Below, piece by piece: positions 58,046 to 64,000 of a stretch of 64,000 nt of DNA. Where the stretch lies: positions 10,490 to 74,489 of the forward strand of contig JAMNXS010000001.1 of the NCBI GenBank assembly GCA_023653025.1, written 5' to 3'. Both the position numbers and the translations under genes were made by a program. This stretch comes from Burkholderiaceae bacterium (GTDB lineage Bacteria; Pseudomonadota; Gammaproteobacteria; Burkholderiales; Burkholderiaceae_D). How positions within the stretch are numbered: position 1 is the stretch's first letter; every line of letters begins with the position of its first letter. The notes beneath the pieces were generated by a model that did no database searches, was not told the origin of the DNA, and saw only the letters and a program-made list of their open reading frames with translations.

Positions 58046-59002
58046 TTACTGGTCGGCGGCGGGGATGGCGTCGGTGTTGGCGGCGGCCACGACGGGCCGG
58101 TTCGACAAACTCCAGACATAGGCGGCGACCAGGTGAACCTTGGCCTCACCGAGGAAATCCTCGAATGCCGGCATCATGTTCTTGCGACCATTGCGTACCG
58201 TTTCCATGATGGTGTTGGCGCTGCCGCCATACAGCCAGGTCTTGTCGGCCAGGTTGGGCGCGCCGACCGCCGGGTTGCCCTTGCCGTCCGCGCCATGGCA
58301 GGCGGCGCAGGCGGCGAACTTCTCCTTGCCGAGCGAGGCCTTGATCGGGTCCGAGGTCGAGCCCGACAGCGACAGCACATAGTGGGCGACATTCTCGATG
58401 TCTTTCTCGCTGCCGACGGCCGCGCCCATCGGCGGCATCTGGCCCTGGCGGCCCTTCAGGATCGTGGTCCTGATCGCGTCGGGATCGCCGCCGTGCAGCC
58501 AGTCGCTGTCGGTCAGGTTCGGATAGCCCTTGTTGCCGCGCGCGTCCGAGCCGTGACATTGCGAGCAGTAGGTCAGGAACAGGCGCTCGCCGATGGCGCG
58601 GGCCTGCGGGTCGGCGGCCAGCGCCTTCAGGTCGGTCTGCTGGTATTTCGCGAACATCGGACCGACCTCGGCATCGGCCGCCTTCAGCTCTTCTTCGTAC
58701 TGGCCGGTCGACTTCCAGCCCAGCTTGCCGGCATAGGTGCCGAGCCCCGGGTACAGCGCCAGATAGGCGATGCCGAACACGATGGTGATGTAGAACAGCC
58801 ACATCCACCAGCGCGGCATCGGGTTGTTCAGTTCCTCGAGCCCGTCGAACGAGTGCCCGGTGGTCTCGACGACCTTGCCGTCCCGCGGCACCTCGATCTT
58901 CACCGTCGACTGCGACCACAGCAGCAGCCCGCAGCCAGCGATCGACAGCACCACCAGCACGGTGATGTAGATACCCCAAAATCCGTTGACAAAATCAGCC
59001 AT
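58046..59002 (-). CDS. ccoP: cbb3-type cytochrome c oxidase subunit III
   Basis: NNPMPRWW; two heme motifs CSQCH and CAACH. Confidence 0.96.
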   Translation of the reverse strand: MADFVNGFWGIYITVLVVLSIAGCGLLLWSQSTVKIEVPRDGKVVETTGHSFDGLEELNNPMPRWWMWLFYITIVFGIAYLALYPGLGTYAGKLGWKSTGQYEEELKAADAEVGPMFAKYQQTDLKALAADPQARAIGERLFLTYCSQCHGSDARGNKGYPNLTDSDWLHGGDPDAIRTTILKGRQGQMPPMGAAVGSEKDIENVAHYVLSLSGSTSDPIKASLGKEKFAACAACHGADGKGNPAVGAPNLADKTWLYGGSANTIMETVRNGRKNMMPAFEDFLGEAKVHLVAAYVWSLSNRPVVAAANTDAIPAADQ

Positions 59003-59174
59003 GTTTCGGCTCCTGCTTGATGTTGTTCGTTTCCTCATCCGCGAAAGGCAGTGCCGCCGCCTCGTCGAAGTCGGCCTTGCGATGAGCGACAAAGGTCCAG
59101 TAGATGATGCCGACGAAAGCCAGCAGGCTCAGCACGGTGATGACGCCGCGCAGGTCCATCAGGGAAATGTCCAT
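58995..59174 (-). CDS. ccoQ: cbb3-type cytochrome c oxidase subunit IV
   Basis: MDISLMDLRGVITVLSLLAFVGIIYW...FDEAAALPFAD; between ccoO and ccoP. Confidence 0.9.
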   Translation of the reverse strand: MDISLMDLRGVITVLSLLAFVGIIYWTFVAHRKADFDEAAALPFADEETNNIKQEPKHG

Positions 59175-59176
59175 GC

Positions 59177-59791
59177 TTACCTCCGCGCCTTGATCTGAAC
59201 ACCCATGCCCTGCAGGTAGGCGACCAGCGCGTCTTGCTCGGTCTTGCCCGCAAGCTCCTTGGGCGCAGCGGCGATCTGTTCGTCGGTGTACGGGTCGCCG
59301 AGTCGCTTCAGGGCCTGCATCTTCGGAACGATGGACTGCGGATCGAGCGCGGTCTTCGCCAGCCACGGGTAGGCAGGCATGTTCGACTCCGGCACGACCG
59401 CGCGCGGGTTGTCCAGGTGCTCGCGATGCCATTCATCGCTGTAGCGGCCGCCGACGCGCGCAAGGTCCGGACCGGTACGCTTCGACCCCCACTGGTGTGG
59501 ACGGTCAAAGACGAATTCGCCAGCCACCGAGTAATGGCCGTAGCGCTCGGTCTCGGCGCGGAACGGACGAATCATTTGCGAGTGGCAGTTGTAGCAGCCT
59601 TCGCGCACGTAGACGTCGCGACCGGCGAGGCGCAGCGGGCTGTACGGGGCAAGGCCCGCCACCGGCTCGGTGGTCGATCTCTGGAAGAACAGCGGAACGA
59701 TTTCGACCAGACCGCCGATACTGACCACCAGCAGGATCAGGACGATCAGCAGCCAAGGCTTGCGTTCGATCGAATCATGCGTGAGTTTCAT
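59177..59791 (-). CDS. ccoO: cbb3-type cytochrome c oxidase subunit II
   Basis: [25 protein letters not shown]. Confidence 0.97.
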   Translation of the reverse strand: MKLTHDSIERKPWLLIVLILLVVSIGGLVEIVPLFFQRSTTEPVAGLAPYSPLRLAGRDVYVREGCYNCHSQMIRPFRAETERYGHYSVAGEFVFDRPHQWGSKRTGPDLARVGGRYSDEWHREHLDNPRAVVPESNMPAYPWLAKTALDPQSIVPKMQALKRLGDPYTDEQIAAAPKELAGKTEQDALVAYLQGMGVQIKARR

Positions 59792-59806
59792 TCAAATCTC
59801 CTCGTG

Positions 59807-61234
59807 TTACGCGTGCGCGCCGGTGGCGGCCGGGATGCGCGCATCCACCGGCTTGCCGTCGCTGACCGTCTTGTACGTGTTGTAGGCCATCATCACCATG
59901 CCGGCCAGATAGAGCAGGCCGCCGACCATGCGGATCACGTAGAAGGGGAAGGTCGCCTTCACGCTCTCGACAAAGGTGTAGGTCAGGGTGCCGTCGGCGT
60001 TCACCGCGCGCCACATCAGGCCCTGCATCACGCCGGCGATCCACATCGAGGCGATGTACAGCACGATGCCAATGGTCGCGACCCAGAAGTGCCATTCGAT
60101 CAGGCGCACGCTCCACATCGCCTGCTTGCCCGACAGGCGCGGCAGCAGGTAATAGATCGAACCCATCGATATCAGGCCGACCCAGCCCAGCGCGCCGGAG
60201 TGCACGTGGCCGACGGTCCAGTCGGTGTAGTGCGACAGCGCATTGACGGTCTTGATCGACATCATCGGGCCCTCGAAGGTCGACATGCCGTAGAACGACA
60301 GCGAGACGATCAGGAACTTCAGGATCGGATCATTGCGCAGCTTGTTCCAGGCGCCGGACAGGGTCATGATCCCGTTGATCATTCCGCCCCAGCTCGGCGC
60401 CAGCAGGATCAGCGAGAAGACCATGCCGATCGACTGAGTCCAGTCCGGCAGCGCGGTGTAGTGCAGGTGGTGCGGGCCGGCCCACATGTAGGTGAATATC
60501 AGCGCCCAGAAGTGGACGATCGACAGGCGGTACGAGAACACCGGGCGCTCGGCCTGCTTCGGTATGAAGTAGTACATCATGCCGAGGAAGCCGGCGGTCA
60601 GGAAGAAGCCGACGGCGTTATGGCCGTACCACCACTGGATCATCGCGTCCTGTACTCCGGTGTAGGCGGAGTAGGACTTCGTCAGCGAAGCCGGCATGGC
60701 CGCCGAGTTCACAACGTGCAGCAACGCGACGGTCAGGATGAAGGCGCCGAAGAACCAGTTGGCCACATAGACGTGCGAGACCTTGCGCTTGATGAGCGTG
60801 CCGAAGAACACCACCGCATAGGCCACCCAGACCGCCGTGATCAGCAGGTCGATCGGCCATTCGAGTTCGGCGTATTCCTTGCCTGAGGTATAGCCCAGCG
60901 GCAGCGAGATTGCGGCCGCGACGATGACGGCCTGCCAGCCCCAGAACGTGAAGGCGGCCAGCTTGTCGGAAAAGAGCCGCGTCTGCGACGTCCGCTGGAC
61001 GACGTAATACGATGTCGCAAACAGCGCGCAGCCACCGAAGGCGAAGATCACCGCATTGGTGTGCAGGGGCCGCAGGCGGCCGTAGGTCAGCCATGCGGTA
61101 TCGAAATTCAGCGCGGGGAAAGCCAGCTGGGCGGCGATCACCACCCCCACCAGCATGCCCACCACGCCCCACACCACCGTCATGATCGCGAACTGCTTGA
61201 CCACGCGGTAGTTGTAGTTCAGTGCTGTGTCCAC
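59807..61234 (-). CDS. ccoN: cbb3-type cytochrome c oxidase subunit I
   Basis: [34 protein letters not shown]; probable GTG start. Confidence 0.97.
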   Translation of the reverse strand: MDTALNYNYRVVKQFAIMTVVWGVVGMLVGVVIAAQLAFPALNFDTAWLTYGRLRPLHTNAVIFAFGGCALFATSYYVVQRTSQTRLFSDKLAAFTFWGWQAVIVAAAISLPLGYTSGKEYAELEWPIDLLITAVWVAYAVVFFGTLIKRKVSHVYVANWFFGAFILTVALLHVVNSAAMPASLTKSYSAYTGVQDAMIQWWYGHNAVGFFLTAGFLGMMYYFIPKQAERPVFSYRLSIVHFWALIFTYMWAGPHHLHYTALPDWTQSIGMVFSLILLAPSWGGMINGIMTLSGAWNKLRNDPILKFLIVSLSFYGMSTFEGPMMSIKTVNALSHYTDWTVGHVHSGALGWVGLISMGSIYYLLPRLSGKQAMWSVRLIEWHFWVATIGIVLYIASMWIAGVMQGLMWRAVNADGTLTYTFVESVKATFPFYVIRMVGGLLYLAGMVMMAYNTYKTVSDGKPVDARIPAATGAHA

Positions 61235-61297
61235 AGAAACTCCTCTTGGTTTACGACGAAGATGCCGGGACAATACGTTTCGAAGGGTCAAATTTCC

Positions 61298-61311
61298 TTG
61301 ACCTGAGTCAA
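61298..61311. promoter_or_regulatory. FNR box upstream of ccoN
   Basis: TTGAC-CTGA-GTCAA, a symmetric variant of TTGAT-N4-ATCAA. Confidence 0.75.
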
Positions 61312-61345
61312 AATTGTCCGGAAGGCGCACAGAGTGGCGCGAGGC

Positions 61346-61531
61346 TTATTTCTTGGTATCGGTGACGGACTGCTCGGCATCGGGGCGCACGCTGTCGTCG
61401 TCCTGCAGGATGCGCATCGCCGGCCCATCGAGATCGTCGAACTGGCCGCTGTCCATCGCCTTGAAAAATATCCAGAGCGCGACGAACACCAGAATCACGG
61501 ACAGGGGTATCAGCAGGTACAGGGATTCCAT
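61346..61531 (-). CDS. ccoS: cbb3 oxidase maturation protein CcoS
   Basis: MESLYLLIPLS, SGQFDDLDGPAMRIL. Confidence 0.92.
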   Translation of the reverse strand: MESLYLLIPLSVILVFVALWIFFKAMDSGQFDDLDGPAMRILQDDDSVRPDAEQSVTDTKK

Positions 61532-61544
61532 CGATCGCTTTCCG

Positions 61545-63977
61545 TCAGGCGCGCGGCAGTCGTTGCAGCCGCAGCGCATTGAGCACTACCAGCGCGGAGC
61601 TGGCCGACATGCCCACGCCCGCCATCCACGGGCTGATGACGCCGAAGGCGGCCGCCGGTATGGCGGCCAGGTTGTAGAGCGTGGCCCAGCCGAGGTTCTG
61701 CCGGATGACACGCATGCAGCGGTCGGCCGCGCGCGCGGCATCGAGCAGTGCGCCGACCGGGCCGAACAGCAGCACCGCGTCGGCATGCGACCGGGCCAGC
61801 GCCGCGCCCGATCCCATCGCGAACGATACGTCGGCTGCGCGCAGCACGGCAGCGTCGTTGATGCCGTCGCCGACCATCGCGACCACGGCCGCGCCGTCCT
61901 GCAGCGCCTGCACGAAGGCCAATTTCTGCTGCGGCAGCATGCCGCCATGGGCTTCGTCGGTGCCCAGCCTTGCAGCAACGTGCGTGACGATGTCCGGCGC
62001 GTCGCCCGATAGCAGGATCACCCGCTTGCCGCGGGCCTTGAACCAGCCGACCACGGCCGCCGCATCGGGCTTGATCGCATCGGCGAGCGAGAAACGCGCC
62101 AGCCACTCTCCTTCCGTGCCGAGAAATACATCGGTCACGCCCGGCGCGGTTGCGCATGCCGGGCTGGCGCCGGCCAGCCGGGCAACAAAGCCTGCATTGC
62201 CGATACGGTAGCGCACGCCATCGAGGTCTCCCTCGATGCCCAGCCCCTGCACGACTTGCAGGTCGGCGGCGACCAGCCCGGCGGCATCGATGCCGGCGAA
62301 TGCCTGCGCGATCGGGTGCGCGCTCCCCGATTCGAGGGCGGCGGCCAGCGCCAGCGCTCGCCGCTCGTCCATGCGGCCCAGCAGCGTCACTCCTCGCAGC
62401 GCGGGGCGGCCTTCGGTCAGCGTGCCCGTCTTGTCGAACACGACATGGGTCGCGCGGTGCAGCGTCTCGATCACATGTGGCTGCATCACCAGCACGCCCT
62501 GCCGCAGCAGCCGATCGGTCGCCGCCGCCAGCGCCGACGGCGTGGCCAGCGACAATGCACACGGACAGGACACGACCAGCACCGCGATCGCGATCGGCCA
62601 TGCACGGCCCGGGTCCTGCCACGACCAGAAGAAAAACACGGCCACCGCAAACAGCAGCAGGCCGGCGACGAACCAGGCGGCGACCCGGTCGGCCCACTGC
62701 GCGATGTGCGGCTTGCCCTGCCCTGCGCGCTCGATCAGCCGGATCAGCGAGGCCAGCGTGCTGTCCTTTGCCACCTTGTCCACGCGCAGCAGGACAGGCG
62801 CGGTGATATTGACCGCGCCGCCGGCCACGGGTTCACCGACACGGCGCACCTGCGGCGCGCTCTCGCCGGTCAGCAGCGACAGGTCGACCGCGGTCTCGCC
62901 ATCGATGACGATGCCATCGGCGGGCACGGCCTCGCCCGGCTTGACCAGCACGACATCGCCGCTGCGCAGCCGGGCGGCGGCGACCAGGGTCGCCTCGCGG
63001 CGCTGCGGATAATCGCCCAGCAGCCACGCGGAGTCCGGCAATGCATGCTGCAGGGTTTCGAGCGATCCGGCGGCGCGGCGGCGTGCGACCAGCTCGAGGT
63101 AGCGGCTGGCGAGCAGCAGGAAGACGAACATTGTGACGGTGTCGAAATAAACATCGCCGCGGTTGACGACAGTCGCCCAGGTGCTGCCGATGAAAGCGGC
63201 CGCGATGCCCAGCGCGACCGGCACGTCCATGCCGAGCGCTCGCTGCCCGAGGTCGGTCCACGCCCCCTTGAAGAAGGGCACGGCCGAGTAGAACACGGCG
63301 GGCAGCGTCAGCAGCAGGCTGGCCCAGCGCATCAGCCGCTCCATGTCCGGCTCGATGCCGTCGGCGCCGGCCATGTAGGCTGGCACCGCGTACATCATCA
63401 CCTGCATCATCGACAAGCCGGCGACGAACAGCCGCTTGAACAGGGTGCGCGCCTGAGTGCGCATCAGCTCGCCATGCCGGATGGGATCGAACGGATAGGC
63501 CGCGTAGCCAACCTCGCGCACCGCCTGCAGGATGTCGCTCGGCCTGCACTGCCCGGCATCCCACTGCACCTGCAGCTTCTGGGTGGATACGTTGAGGTGG
63601 GCCGCCTTCAGTCCCGGCACCTGCGACAGTCGCCTCTCGATCAGCCAGACGCACGCCGCACAGCGTATGCCATCGACCGACAGCGTGGCCTCGCCGCCGC
63701 CGTCGGCGCCGGTGAACCTGCCGGCGAGTTCAGGGGTGTCGTAGAGTTTCAGCGCATCCGGCACGGCTTCGGCCACGCCCGGAGGCAGGCTCTGGCGGTT
63801 GCGGTAGTAGTCGTCGAGGCCGTTGTCGACGATGGCACGGGCCACGGCCTCGCAGCCGGGGCAGCACATAGCGCGCTCGGCGCCATCGATCGCCACCCGC
63901 CATGCGCTGCCACCGGGCACCGGCAGGCCGCAGTGGAAGCAGCCGTTTGCCTCGTTACCGGCGATGACCGCGCTCAT
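61545..63977 (-). CDS. ccoI: Heavy-metal (copper) P1B-type ATPase CcoI/FixI
   Basis: CFHCG, CCPGC, CAAC, TGES, CPC, DKTGTLT, GDGIND. Confidence 0.93.
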   Translation of the reverse strand: MSAVIAGNEANGCFHCGLPVPGGSAWRVAIDGAERAMCCPGCEAVARAIVDNGLDDYYRNRQSLPPGVAEAVPDALKLYDTPELAGRFTGADGGGEATLSVDGIRCAACVWLIERRLSQVPGLKAAHLNVSTQKLQVQWDAGQCRPSDILQAVREVGYAAYPFDPIRHGELMRTQARTLFKRLFVAGLSMMQVMMYAVPAYMAGADGIEPDMERLMRWASLLLTLPAVFYSAVPFFKGAWTDLGQRALGMDVPVALGIAAAFIGSTWATVVNRGDVYFDTVTMFVFLLLASRYLELVARRRAAGSLETLQHALPDSAWLLGDYPQRREATLVAAARLRSGDVVLVKPGEAVPADGIVIDGETAVDLSLLTGESAPQVRRVGEPVAGGAVNITAPVLLRVDKVAKDSTLASLIRLIERAGQGKPHIAQWADRVAAWFVAGLLLFAVAVFFFWSWQDPGRAWPIAIAVLVVSCPCALSLATPSALAAATDRLLRQGVLVMQPHVIETLHRATHVVFDKTGTLTEGRPALRGVTLLGRMDERRALALAAALESGSAHPIAQAFAGIDAAGLVAADLQVVQGLGIEGDLDGVRYRIGNAGFVARLAGASPACATAPGVTDVFLGTEGEWLARFSLADAIKPDAAAVVGWFKARGKRVILLSGDAPDIVTHVAARLGTDEAHGGMLPQQKLAFVQALQDGAAVVAMVGDGINDAAVLRAADVSFAMGSGAALARSHADAVLLFGPVGALLDAARAADRCMRVIRQNLGWATLYNLAAIPAAAFGVISPWMAGVGMSASSALVVLNALRLQRLPRA

Positions 63978-64000
63978 CTTGCCACCGCCGGCGTGATGCA
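63974..64000 (-). CDS. 3' end of an upstream gene (possibly sulfite exporter TauE/SafE-like); partial
   Basis: Open frame CITPAVAR* whose TGA overlaps the ccoI ATG; identity inferred from typical cco gene order only. Confidence 0.35.
   Translation of the reverse strand, partial: CITPAVAR

Overview
High-GC betaproteobacterial chromosome segment (Burkholderiales-like, judged by protein similarity from memory). 1-18.2 kb is housekeeping DNA: ubiD (partial), a lytic transglycosylase with a ~415-nt structured leader, a PLP aminotransferase, nusB-ribH-ribB(X)-ribE-ribD, a minor type IV pilin cluster, nrdR, glyA with a ZMP/ZTP riboswitch, an SDR, the ybgC-tolQRAB-pal-cpoB operon and tRNA-Lys(UUU). 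18.2-44.8 kb is a mosaic accessory region with no integrase. It holds a NYN-domain gene broken by one nonsense codon, DUF4331, DUF4198, a BrnT/BrnA toxin-antitoxin pair, and an LH2 pucBA pair under tandem PpsR sites followed by a 37-aa ORF, a P450 and a degenerate Mesh1-like HD protein. It also holds a 49-bp GTAG-REP tandem array, a TonB receptor, an exported amidase module with HupE/UreJ, a lone pqqA, copper resistance genes and nnrS/nsrR. 44.9-55 kb is a complete pca (beta-ketoadipate) cluster with pobR/pobA. 55-64 kb is fnr and the cbb3 oxidase cluster (ccoI, ccoS, ccoNOQP, ccoG, fixH). Three real genes are absent from the supplied ORF track and were read by hand: pucB, pqqA and the 37-aa ORF. 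All annotations rest on motif recognition; no database searches were run.
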